A stretch of DNA of 37,813 nt from IMG/VR virus record IMGVR_UViG_3300042507_002672; one strand, written 5' to 3'. Under the pieces are notes generated by a model. That model made no database searches. It saw only the letters and a program-made list of their open reading frames with translations, and was not told the DNA's origin. Below, one piece after another: positions 14,103 through 22,730 of the stretch (positions within the stretch are counted from its first letter, which is position 1; every line of letters starts with the position of its first letter). Made by a program: the position numbers and the translations under genes. Origin of the DNA: a virus.

Positions 14103-15444
14103 GTGGGAACCGCGTGAGTACCAATTACCGCTGTGGTCTGCCCTTGAGGACGGCTGCAAGCGCGCCCTGTACACGTGGCATCGCCGCGCTGGCAAGGACG
14201 ACATAGGGCTTCACTTCACCGCGACCGAGGTGATCGAGAAGCCCGGCGTCTACTGGTACATGCTTCCCGAAGCCGCGCAGGCCCGTAAGGCGATCTGGAA
14301 GGCTATCGACCCCCACACTGGCCTGCGACGTATTGATTGGGCTTTCCCTCCCGAGATTCGGGCAAGTACCAACGACACGGAAATGTTCATCAACTTCAAG
14401 AGCGGCGCAACGTGGCAAGTCGTGGGCTCTGATAACTACAACAGCCTGGTGGGATCGCCTCCCCGCGGCGTGGTGTTCTCTGAGTGGGCCTTAGCCAATC
14501 CTGCGGCATGGGCCTACATCCGGCCTATCCTGAGAGAAAACGGCGGATGGGCGCTGTTCAACTTCACGCCCCGAGGTCGCAACCATGCCGTTACCATGTA
14601 CGAGGCGCACAAGGACGACCCCGACTGGTTCATTCAGAAGCTTACAGCCAAGCAAACCGGGGCCATGACCGACGAAGAATTGGCTAAGGAACTGCTGGAT
14701 TATCAATCTGACTTTGGCGAGGAAGATGGGGAATCGAAGTTCCGCCAGGAATACCTATGCGACTTCGACGCTCCTTTGGTCGGGGCTTACTACGCCAAGA
14801 TTATCAGCAAGCTCGAAGATGCCGGCCAAATCCGCGATGTGCCTTACGACAAGCACAAGCCCGTTTACACCGCCTGGGACATCGGCCGCACGGATGACGC
14901 CGCAGTGTGGTTCTACCAGATCATCAACCGCGAAATTCACGTCATTGACTACTTTGCCAAGCCGGGCGGGGACGTGCCCGAGTTCGCCGCCATGCTGCAA
15001 GAGAAGAAATACATCTACGGCAAGCACACGCTCCCCCATGACGGCCGGCATAAAACATTCGCGGCGCCGCGCTCTGTATTCGAGCAGCTCGGGGAGTTCG
15101 TGGGCTTGGCGTCGGTCGGCATCTGCCCCGACCATCATCGGATTGATGGTATCGCCGCGGTTCGTGCTATACTGCCGAGGTGCTGGTTTGACGCCAAGCG
15201 ATGCAAGCAAGGGCTAGAAGCCTTGCGGCAATACCAGCGGAAATGGGACGACGAACGTAAGGTGTTCTCTCCTGATCCGCTGCATAATTGGGCGTCTCAT
15301 GCGTCCGATGCCTTCCGCTATATGGCTGTGGCGTTCAAGGAAGAAAACCCGACTGCGTTTAAATCCTCCACGTTCCGCCAGCCCACGCTTAACGAAGCAT
15401 GGGAGAGGCAGGAGCGTTTCGGGCATGACGAGGCGCGGATATGA
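14074..15444 (+). CDS. terL: Terminase large subunit
   Basis: N-terminal ATPase region (WHRRAGKDD Walker-A-like). C-terminal RNaseH-like nuclease motifs (YTAWDIGRTDDAAVWFYQ, PHDG, ASDAFRY). The start is non-ATG (TTG) and approximate. Confidence 0.9.
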   Translation: MAQRIQIPNKWEPREYQLPLWSALEDGCKRALYTWHRRAGKDDIGLHFTATEVIEKPGVYWYMLPEAAQARKAIWKAIDPHTGLRRIDWAFPPEIRASTNDTEMFINFKSGATWQVVGSDNYNSLVGSPPRGVVFSEWALANPAAWAYIRPILRENGGWALFNFTPRGRNHAVTMYEAHKDDPDWFIQKLTAKQTGAMTDEELAKELLDYQSDFGEEDGESKFRQEYLCDFDAPLVGAYYAKIISKLEDAGQIRDVPYDKHKPVYTAWDIGRTDDAAVWFYQIINREIHVIDYFAKPGGDVPEFAAMLQEKKYIYGKHTLPHDGRHKTFAAPRSVFEQLGEFVGLASVGICPDHHRIDGIAAVRAILPRCWFDAKRCKQGLEALRQYQRKWDDERKVFSPDPLHNWASHASDAFRYMAVAFKEENPTAFKSSTFRQPTLNEAWERQERFGHDEARI

Positions 15445-17534
15445 GAGACAAAGGCACTCCCAAAGACCAGGGCACGGCGTCCTCGGTCATTGCCGAGATT
15501 GAGGCTTACGAAAAGCAATTCGAGCCTTGGCTTAAACGTGGCTCTGAAATCGTCAAACGCTACCGCGACGAGCGCGTTACCACGTCGAACGCCACGATCA
15601 TCACCCGGAAATACAATATCCTGTGGTCGAACGTTGAGACGCTTCGGCCTACGCTCTACGCCCGTATCCCTCAGGTCCAGGTGGAGCGCCGGTTCAAGGA
15701 CGCCGACCCCGTTGGCCGTGTTGCCTGCCAGATTGCAGAGCGCGCCGGCAACTACCTACTTCAGACCGGCCCATTCGGGACCATCCTTGGGAACTGCGTT
15801 GAGGACTACCTTCTCCCCGGTCGTGGGGTGATGTGGATTCACTACGACGCGGAGGGCGAAGATGTACCCAAGGAGGGATACGAGGCCGAGGACGGGGAAG
15901 AACCCGAGACGGAGTTTAAGAAGCTACAGGAGACAATCACCCCGACCTATGTGGATTGGCGGGACTTCGGCCATCAGCCTAAGCGCCACTGGCAGGAGAA
16001 CAAGCTGGTATGGCGTCGGACATACCTCACGCGCGCTGAGTTAATTAAACGCTTTGGGAAAACGCTTGGAGAGCAGATCAACCTAGACCGCACTCCCAAA
16101 GAGGACGGCAAGGCTGACGAAGTCGTAGCGCAGGCCACGATCTACGAAGTCTGGGACAAGAAGCGCGGCAAGGTCTGCTGGGTCCACCGGGATATGGTGG
16201 ATTATCTGGATGAGATCGACCCGCCCATTAATTTGGAATCGTTCTGGCCGTGCGCCGATCCTCTCACCGCCACGATGACCAACGGCACGCTCATCCCGGT
16301 TGCCGATTATCTGCTTTATCAGGATCAAGCCCAAGAGCTAGACAAGCTCACCAATCGCATTGGGAGGCTGACAGACGCGCTTAAGGTTGTCGGGGTCTAC
16401 AACGCCAGCGTCCCCGAGCTTTCGCGCCTGCTGAGCCCCAATGGCACGCCTGACAACGTTATGATTCCGGTCGCGGATTGGGCGGTGCTGAGTGAAAAGG
16501 GCGGACTTTCGCGCGGGGTCGAGTTTATTCCCCTGGTTGATATCGTCAACGCGCTGGGCCAGGCTTATCAAGCCCGTGAGCAAGTCCTAAACGTGATTTA
16601 CCAAATCACCGGCATCTCGGACCTCTTGCGCGGCGCGTCAGATCCACGTGAAACGGCCACGGCTCAGGGCATCAAGGGGCAGTACGGATCAACCCGCATC
16701 AAAGCCCGTCAGGCCAAGGTTGCGACGTTTGCCCGCGACAACGCCCGCATCGTTGTGGAAATCGCGGTGGAGATGTTCGAGCCCCAAACCCTGTGGGAAA
16801 TGACGAACGCCAAGTCATTCTGCCAGATCAACCCCGAGGCCCAGGCGGCACTTCAGCAAATGGGCGGGGAGCCGCAGTTTACCGACAGCCAAGAGTTTAT
16901 GCAGGCTCTCAGCCTGTTGCGGAATGACAAACTCCGCTCGTTCCATGTGGATATTGAGACTGACAGCACGATTGCTCTTGACGAGGCCGAGGATAAGGCC
17001 GCGACCGTGGAGTTTATCGGCGCCGTGGGGAATTTCCTCGGGACGTTCGGCCCTATCGTCCAGCAGCAGCCAGCCCTCGCCCCGCTTGCCGGCGAGATGC
17101 TTATGTACGCCGCCCGTAGGTTTAAGGCAGGACGCGCGCTGGAAGCGTCGATTGAGAAAGCTGTGGCCGGTATTGCCCAAGCCGCGGCTCAGCCCCAGGC
17201 CCCGCCCGCGCCCCCGCCTGAAGCCGTTATGAAGGCCGAAGCCGAGAAGTACGCCGTTGACGCCAAAACCCGCACCGAAGCCGAGAAGATCGCCGCCGAT
17301 AAGGAACTTGGGACGAATAAGATTATTAGCGAACGGGAAGCGGCCCGCGAGAAGCTCGACCTTGAAAAGCGCATTGCAGCCGAGAAACTTCGACTTGAGC
17401 AAGAGGCTCTGGACGTTGAACGCCAAAAGGTCGCCATATCCTCCAAGGCTAATGATGACCGGCGCGATATCGAGATGAACAATGCCGACCAAGCCCTTCT
17501 GAAGGCCGCTGCGACAAAGATTGGAGGCCGTTGA
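15441..17534 (+). CDS. Portal protein (697 aa)
   Basis: Called from its size and its position directly after terL with an ATGA overlap. It has a long C-terminal Ala/Glu/Lys coiled-coil tail like the barrel of P22-type portals. Confidence 0.85.
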   Translation: MRDKGTPKDQGTASSVIAEIEAYEKQFEPWLKRGSEIVKRYRDERVTTSNATIITRKYNILWSNVETLRPTLYARIPQVQVERRFKDADPVGRVACQIAERAGNYLLQTGPFGTILGNCVEDYLLPGRGVMWIHYDAEGEDVPKEGYEAEDGEEPETEFKKLQETITPTYVDWRDFGHQPKRHWQENKLVWRRTYLTRAELIKRFGKTLGEQINLDRTPKEDGKADEVVAQATIYEVWDKKRGKVCWVHRDMVDYLDEIDPPINLESFWPCADPLTATMTNGTLIPVADYLLYQDQAQELDKLTNRIGRLTDALKVVGVYNASVPELSRLLSPNGTPDNVMIPVADWAVLSEKGGLSRGVEFIPLVDIVNALGQAYQAREQVLNVIYQITGISDLLRGASDPRETATAQGIKGQYGSTRIKARQAKVATFARDNARIVVEIAVEMFEPQTLWEMTNAKSFCQINPEAQAALQQMGGEPQFTDSQEFMQALSLLRNDKLRSFHVDIETDSTIALDEAEDKAATVEFIGAVGNFLGTFGPIVQQQPALAPLAGEMLMYAARRFKAGRALEASIEKAVAGIAQAAAQPQAPPAPPPEAVMKAEAEKYAVDAKTRTEAEKIAADKELGTNKIISEREAAREKLDLEKRIAAEKLRLEQEALDVERQKVAISSKANDDRRDIEMNNADQALLKAAATKIGGR

Positions 17535-17613
17535 ATATGCGCCTTCTCATTCTTCTGGCGTGCTCCGACTACTAGATGTTGACACACGCAGAAAAACAAG
17601 CAGCGTAATCCCG

Positions 17614-17958
17614 ATGACTGAAAGTTACGGATACTACCGAGGCGTTGGTGGTTATTGGGTGTGGAGCGGCAAGAAGCCCTACGAAGGCACTTGCGTTCAT
17701 GTTCCCGGCCCCAAGCTTAACGCCACAAAAGACGGCGGTATTCAGGTCATCAAAGATATTGAGCCTTACCGGAACATGATCGACGGCAAGGTAATCGGCG
17801 GGCGCAGGCAGCATCGTGATTTTCTTCGCGCCAATGGCTGTATCGAAGTCGGCAACGAGCAGCCAAAGCCGAGAGTAGAAGGCCCGCGTAAACGAGACAA
17901 AGACCTCGTGTTGCAGCTAAAGGCCGCGGCACGGTCACATGGAGTTGATTGGGTATGA
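17614..17958 (+). CDS. Hypothetical head-module protein (114 aa)
   Basis: Start at MTESYGYY within track ORF 17521..17958. It has an ATGA overlap with the scaffold gene. Confidence 0.6.
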   Translation: MTESYGYYRGVGGYWVWSGKKPYEGTCVHVPGPKLNATKDGGIQVIKDIEPYRNMIDGKVIGGRRQHRDFLRANGCIEVGNEQPKPRVEGPRKRDKDLVLQLKAAARSHGVDWV

Positions 17959-19034
17959 CTGAAGAGCTTCAGGCTCAAGTTACCGACCAAGTTGATGCGC
18001 CGGTTATTGAGACACCAGAGGTCGAAAAGCCGGACCCTAACGACCTCCGCGCGGTAATCGAGCACGCGCAGAAAGAGGTAGAGAGCCGCCCCCGTGATGA
18101 GACGGGCAAGTTTACACAAAAGCCGCAGGCCGCTCAAAGCGCCGCGATAGATCCGAAAAGCCCTTTAGGGGCGCCGGCTGTTGCCGAGGTTAAAACCCTC
18201 GAAGCTCCAGCCACATGGAAGGCCGAGGAAAAGGCATTTTGGGCGACACTTTCTGACCAAGCGAAGTCTACGATCCTTCGCCGGGAAAAGGAATTTGCTC
18301 AAGGTATCCAATCCAAGGCCGATGAAGCGAAGCAGGCCAGAGCAGTTGCCGAGGCGCTCGAACCCGTTATTGGACCTCACCGCCAGAATTTGATGCAGGC
18401 GGGTAGCGTAGAGCAGGGGATTAAAAACCTCCTTGATACGTCTACTTACGCCGCCAAAGACCCGGTGGGGTTCATTCAGTGGTTCGCGCAAAGCAAAGGC
18501 ATTGACCTAGGGAACATGCAGCAGCCGACCGGGGATCAAAACCCCGAAGTGGCCCAGCTCAAGCAGTCCCTCTACGGACTTCAAAGCGAGATAGCCGAAC
18601 TCAAGGGTTACACGACCCAGCAGCAGACGCGCACTGTAGTTTCCGAGATACAAGCCTTTGCCGACGAGAAGGACCAAAGCGGGCAAGCTCTGCGTCCACA
18701 TTTCGAAAGCGTGAGGAAAGAGGTTTACGAGCTTATTCCGCTCATCAAGAGCACAAACCCCGATTGGAGCGTTCGTCAGGTCATGGACGCGGCTTATTCC
18801 AAAGCCGTTCGCTTGAATGACGATGTTTTCGGGAAAGTGCAAAGCGAGCAGGCGGAAAAGGCCCGTTTAGCCAAGGAAGCAGCCGACCGCGCGCAGAAGG
18901 CCAGTCTAGCTAGGAAGTCCCTCACCGGCGGCTCTCCTGTTGGGGATTCCCAGCAGAAGCCCGCCAAAAACCAATCGGTGCGGGACGCTATCAAATTAGC
19001 CATGCAGGAGCATGGGGTAGACGCCCGCCTCTGA
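17955..19034 (+). CDS. Scaffolding protein (candidate)
   Basis: It lies between the portal and capsid genes. It is acidic, Ala/Glu/Gln/Lys-rich and predicted helical. GGAG lies 10 nt upstream of the ATG at 17955. Confidence 0.65.
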   Translation: MTEELQAQVTDQVDAPVIETPEVEKPDPNDLRAVIEHAQKEVESRPRDETGKFTQKPQAAQSAAIDPKSPLGAPAVAEVKTLEAPATWKAEEKAFWATLSDQAKSTILRREKEFAQGIQSKADEAKQARAVAEALEPVIGPHRQNLMQAGSVEQGIKNLLDTSTYAAKDPVGFIQWFAQSKGIDLGNMQQPTGDQNPEVAQLKQSLYGLQSEIAELKGYTTQQQTRTVVSEIQAFADEKDQSGQALRPHFESVRKEVYELIPLIKSTNPDWSVRQVMDAAYSKAVRLNDDVFGKVQSEQAEKARLAKEAADRAQKASLARKSLTGGSPVGDSQQKPAKNQSVRDAIKLAMQEHGVDARL

Positions 19035-19049
19035 AAAAGGCGTAAATAA

Positions 19050-20012
19050 ATGGCTTCTCCGAATACCTCATTTACGGAAATCGTCACTACGACGCTCCGT
19101 AACCGTTCCGGGGTCCTCGCGGACAACGTTTCGGAAAACAACGCGATCCTCCGTCGCCTGAACAAGAAGGGCAAGATCAAGACCGTCTCTGGCGGTCGCA
19201 CGATTGTTCAAGAACTCGAATACGACGAGAACGGGACATACACCCGTTACACCGGCTACGAGACGTTGGACATTTCGCCGTCTGACGTGTTCTCGGCTGC
19301 TGAGTTCAACTACAAACAAGCCGCGGTCGCAGTGACCATCTCCGGCTTGGAAGAACTTCAGAACTCCGGCCCGAACGCCATCATCGACCTCTTGGAAAGC
19401 CGGATCGGCAACGCCGAGCGGACGATGAAGAACAACATCTCTGCCGATATGTACTCGGACGGGACGGCTTCGGATTCCAAGCAGATCGGCGGTCTTCAGC
19501 TTCTCGTGGCTGACTCTCCGACCGCGGGCACTGTTGGCGGCATCGCTGCTTCCAATGCCTTTTGGCAGAACCGCCAGGCTGCGGCCGGTACGGCTGCCGC
19601 TGGTTCCATCGTTGGAGCCATGAACGATATGTACACCAATCTCGTTCGCGGCAACGACGCGCCCGACCTCATCATCGCTGATAACAACTTTTACAACCGT
19701 TATCTGCGTGAACTCCAGATCATCCAGCGCATCACTTCGGATGAGATGGCGCAGGCCGGCTTTACGGCGCTCAAGTACATGAACTCCGATCTTGTCCTCG
19801 ACGGCGGTGTCGGCGGCAACTGCCCCACCAATCACATGTACTTCCTCAACACGAACTACCTGTTCTGGCGCCCCCACGCGTCCAGAAACATGGTTCCGAT
19901 TGGGGATGAGCGCTTCTCCGTCAACCAGGACGCCATGGTCAAGCTGATCGGCTGGGCCGGCAACATGACTATTGCAAACCGACGCCTTCAGGGCGTCCTC
20001 ACCGCAGCTTAA
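19050..20012 (+). CDS. Major capsid protein (320 aa)
   Basis: Called from its position after the scaffold gene, its size, and an N-terminus (TSFTEIVTTTLRNRSG..ADNVS.NNAILRRL) resembling capsid proteins of BPP-1-like podoviruses. This is recognition from memory, not a search. Confidence 0.8.
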   Translation: MASPNTSFTEIVTTTLRNRSGVLADNVSENNAILRRLNKKGKIKTVSGGRTIVQELEYDENGTYTRYTGYETLDISPSDVFSAAEFNYKQAAVAVTISGLEELQNSGPNAIIDLLESRIGNAERTMKNNISADMYSDGTASDSKQIGGLQLLVADSPTAGTVGGIAASNAFWQNRQAAAGTAAAGSIVGAMNDMYTNLVRGNDAPDLIIADNNFYNRYLRELQIIQRITSDEMAQAGFTALKYMNSDLVLDGGVGGNCPTNHMYFLNTNYLFWRPHASRNMVPIGDERFSVNQDAMVKLIGWAGNMTIANRRLQGVLTAA

Positions 20013-20024
20013 GGAGCAACAGTC

Positions 20025-20357
20025 ATGGGTAACATCTACACGAACGACAGCACGCTTGGGGTCGCGTTTGACCGCAAGACCACTTCGCCCGAACACAAGG
20101 TCGGGACGGTGGTTAAGCTCCTGAGCAACTATCCGACCGTGCAGGGCAAGTTCGCCATGTACGTCAAAGCGGCCGGCGTCATCGGCAATTCGACCTACGC
20201 CACGGTGGCCCTCGCGTCCATCTCGTGCCTTGCCACATCGGTTGATGGTGGTGCGGGTACGGCGTTCTTCCGCAACGGATCGGTGGCCTTTGCCGCTGAC
20301 GAGTACGGTTGGCTGATGTGCGTTAAGACTGCGATCCCGCAGGGCACGAACACCTAA
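20025..20357 (+). CDS. Head decoration/cement protein (candidate, 110 aa)
   Basis: A small ORF immediately after the capsid gene and followed by a hairpin. Positional inference only. Confidence 0.5.
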   Translation: MGNIYTNDSTLGVAFDRKTTSPEHKVGTVVKLLSNYPTVQGKFAMYVKAAGVIGNSTYATVALASISCLATSVDGGAGTAFFRNGSVAFAADEYGWLMCVKTAIPQGTNT

Positions 20358-20365
20358 CGAAGGGA

Positions 20366-20389
20366 GGGGCCGGGTTAAAATCCGGCCCC
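20366..20389 (+). terminator. GC-rich hairpin after the capsid/decoration genes
   Basis: ggggccgg (20366-20373) pairs with ccggcccc (20382-20389) across an 8-nt loop. There is no clear T-run, so it may be an attenuator or an RNA-stability element. Confidence 0.35.
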
Positions 20390-20396
20390 GATCTCC

Positions 20397-21437
20397 TTGG
20401 ATTTATCAAATCATCCTCTCGGCAATTTGGGCGACGGCTTCCGCATTAAGGAAACGTTTGACCCGATCACGACGAGCTCCGTTGCGTTCTCAACGGTCCC
20501 CGCATTTATACAAATCGGGCCTGCCGCGCCGCAGTTCAGACCTTTGCGGGATGCCATACCGTACACAAAGGGTCGGTTGGAGGCGTGGAAGCTTGTCGAG
20601 CATGTACGCTCGGCCAAGGCGAAAAACTGGCCTGGGATCAAGCCTAGTGAGTTTTTAGGCCAGTCCATTGCTATCTGTGGCGGCGGGCCGTCGCTGGCGT
20701 CCCTTGAGCAATTAAAAGAACTGCGCGCCCTTCAAAAGAAGGGAACAAAGGTTCTTGCGATCAACCGCACGCATGATTTTTTGCTGACCAAGGGCGTTGT
20801 CCCGTGGGCTGGGATTTTGCTTGATCCCGTTCCCGCGGTCGCAAGCTACATCACACCGCGCCGCGGTATCCGGTATTACGTCGGCTCTCAGTGTCATCCG
20901 AGCACGTTTGACAACTTCGACAAGCCCGATGTGCAGAAATACATCTGGCACGCTGCCTCCGTTCCTGAGATGGACGCCGAACTTACTGCGCGCGAGATGG
21001 TTTTACGCGTTCCGGCGAACGGTTCTACGTGCGGGCTTCGCTCGATCCTCAAGTCTTATATCGAGGGATTCCGCGAGATTCATCTGTTCGGCTTTGATAG
21101 CTGCATGGAGCAGAACGCGGACGGGACGCTCAAGATCAACGACGGCAAGCCAAACCTTCACGCCTACCCCAAACCCGAGGCCATCCTTGACGTGAAGGAA
21201 ATGCTGGTCCCGATGGATGACGGGGACCGCACGTACTACGGCAACACGATGATGTTTTCGCAGGCTGACGAGTTCCAACAGTTTCTTTTAGCCCGCGATC
21301 AAGGCCTGCAAAACGGGATGCTGGAGCCCCATACGATAACTGTCCACGGGTCCGGTTTAATCCCTGATATCGCCCGCTTCTATGGGCTCCATTCCGACCA
21401 ACTGAAGGTGAAACATGGCAAGCGGCTACACGCGTGA
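20397..21437 (+). CDS. DUF115 (MptE/Maf-like) protein
   Basis: IAICGGGPSLASL...KVLAINRTHDFLLTKGVVPWAGILLDP...NGSTCGLRSILKSYIEGFREIHLFGFDSC matches the GxGPSL ... D ... G.D core of DUF115/motility-accessory-factor proteins. The start is TTG. Confidence 0.65.
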   Translation: MDLSNHPLGNLGDGFRIKETFDPITTSSVAFSTVPAFIQIGPAAPQFRPLRDAIPYTKGRLEAWKLVEHVRSAKAKNWPGIKPSEFLGQSIAICGGGPSLASLEQLKELRALQKKGTKVLAINRTHDFLLTKGVVPWAGILLDPVPAVASYITPRRGIRYYVGSQCHPSTFDNFDKPDVQKYIWHAASVPEMDAELTAREMVLRVPANGSTCGLRSILKSYIEGFREIHLFGFDSCMEQNADGTLKINDGKPNLHAYPKPEAILDVKEMLVPMDDGDRTYYGNTMMFSQADEFQQFLLARDQGLQNGMLEPHTITVHGSGLIPDIARFYGLHSDQLKVKHGKRLHA

Positions 21438-22020
21438 TTTCGACGCTAAATTCGATCAAAGCTCGGGACGTTTCGAGGATGAATCCAAGGAGCGCGCAAA
21501 GGTGCGTTTCTGGATTGATGAAATCCTGAATCCCAAGACCAACAATCTTGACAAGATCGAGATGATCGAAATCCGCGTCCCCGGCGAAGACAAGAACATC
21601 TGGGCGGGCAAGGTCGAGGAAAAGCACCGCCAGCGTTTTGGCCGTGCGTACCAGTATTTCAAAGCCGGTCAGGAAATGCCCATCAATGGGTATCCGCTTA
21701 ACAAGCTGCCCGGCATCACGGCGCAGATGCTGACGGACCTACGCTATATGGGCTTTGCATCGGTCGAGGACCTTTCGCGCGCGACGGATCAGGCCATTGG
21801 GCAAATCCACGCCGGTCTTACGTGGCGCCGCAAGGCTCAACTCTGGCTTGATGAGCAAAAGGCCATCGAATCCAAAGCCAATAGTTCTGCGGAAAAGGAC
21901 GCCATCATTGCCGAACAGGGCGAAGCCTTGAAGGCACTTCAGGATCAGATGGCCGAGCTTATTGCGAACTTGCCCAAGAAACCCGGCCCTAAGCCGAAGT
22001 CTGAACAGGCCGCTGCCTAA
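21415..22020 (+). CDS. Hypothetical virion-module protein (201 aa)
   Basis: ORF track. It has an HhH-like segment (ITAQMLTDLRYMGFASVEDLSRATDQAI) and a taatg overlap downstream. Confidence 0.6.
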   Translation: MASGYTRDFDAKFDQSSGRFEDESKERAKVRFWIDEILNPKTNNLDKIEMIEIRVPGEDKNIWAGKVEEKHRQRFGRAYQYFKAGQEMPINGYPLNKLPGITAQMLTDLRYMGFASVEDLSRATDQAIGQIHAGLTWRRKAQLWLDEQKAIESKANSSAEKDAIIAEQGEALKALQDQMAELIANLPKKPGPKPKSEQAAA

Positions 22021-22730
22021 TGTCTCTCCTCACGCTGATCCAAGACGCGTCCAAGATGATCGGGCTTTCGAGCCCGACCGCCGTAGTTACGTCTGCGGAC
22101 CAGCGTGTGCTTGAGCTTCTCGTTATGGCCAACGTGGTTGGGGAGGACTTGTCCACCCGCTACGAATGGCAGGAGCTTGTAAGAACGGCTCAATGGTCAA
22201 GCTCTGGCACTATTGCCCAAGGCACGATCAATAGTTCTACGATTGCGTCTGACTTTGGCCGCTTCATTGATGGCACGTTTTGGGATCGGTCGCTTCGGCA
22301 ACAGGTTCTAGGCCCTTCGACGGCGCAGCAATGGCAGGCTGACCTTTCCAACGCGATTGTCTCACCGCCTTACAAATTCATCGTCCAGAACAATATCCTC
22401 TACATCGGCCCCACTCCGATTGGCTCTGGGAATACGCTTGTTTTTAACTACGTCACAAAGAATTGGTGTCAGTCGGCCGCGGGGACGGGGCAATCAGCCT
22501 TCGCCGCGGATACCGATACGACGCTTATCCCAGAGCGCCTATTTAAGCTCGATCTCATATGGCGTTGGAAGTCCTCAAAGGGATTGGCCTATGCCGAGGA
22601 CCTTGAGAACGCAGAGCGCGAGATTGACAAGCATATCGGCCAGAACGGCGGCCGGCGCGTGCTGTTTATCGGCGGGGCTCCGATTGAGTACCTGTCAGGA
22701 AACGTAGCCGCGGGGAATTGGCCCGGATGA
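22020..22730 (+). CDS. Putative head-tail adaptor / tail tubular A-like structural protein
   Basis: Called from position and size (236 aa) before a larger tail gene. No diagnostic motif. Confidence 0.5.
   Translation: MSLLTLIQDASKMIGLSSPTAVVTSADQRVLELLVMANVVGEDLSTRYEWQELVRTAQWSSSGTIAQGTINSSTIASDFGRFIDGTFWDRSLRQQVLGPSTAQQWQADLSNAIVSPPYKFIVQNNILYIGPTPIGSGNTLVFNYVTKNWCQSAAGTGQSAFAADTDTTLIPERLFKLDLIWRWKSSKGLAYAEDLENAEREIDKHIGQNGGRRVLFIGGAPIEYLSGNVAAGNWPG

Noticed and set aside
16815-17492. 225-aa minus-strand ORF (and 17189..17599) opposite the portal C-terminus.
   Set aside because: It is the antisense shadow of the portal coiled-coil region. The product is low-complexity and interrupts an otherwise unidirectional late operon.
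17579-17609. TTGACA at 17579-17584 as a promoter in the portal-downstream gap.
   Set aside because: The best -10-like hexamer (cgtaat) needs a 19-nt spacer, and the match is weak. It is not reported as a feature.
19068-20096. 342-aa minus-strand ORF, the longest antisense ORF in the window.
   Set aside because: It lies exactly opposite the well-supported major capsid gene. Its product is Arg/Val/Gly/Asp-rich and featureless, with no coupled neighbours. This is the typical shadow ORF of a GC-rich coding region.
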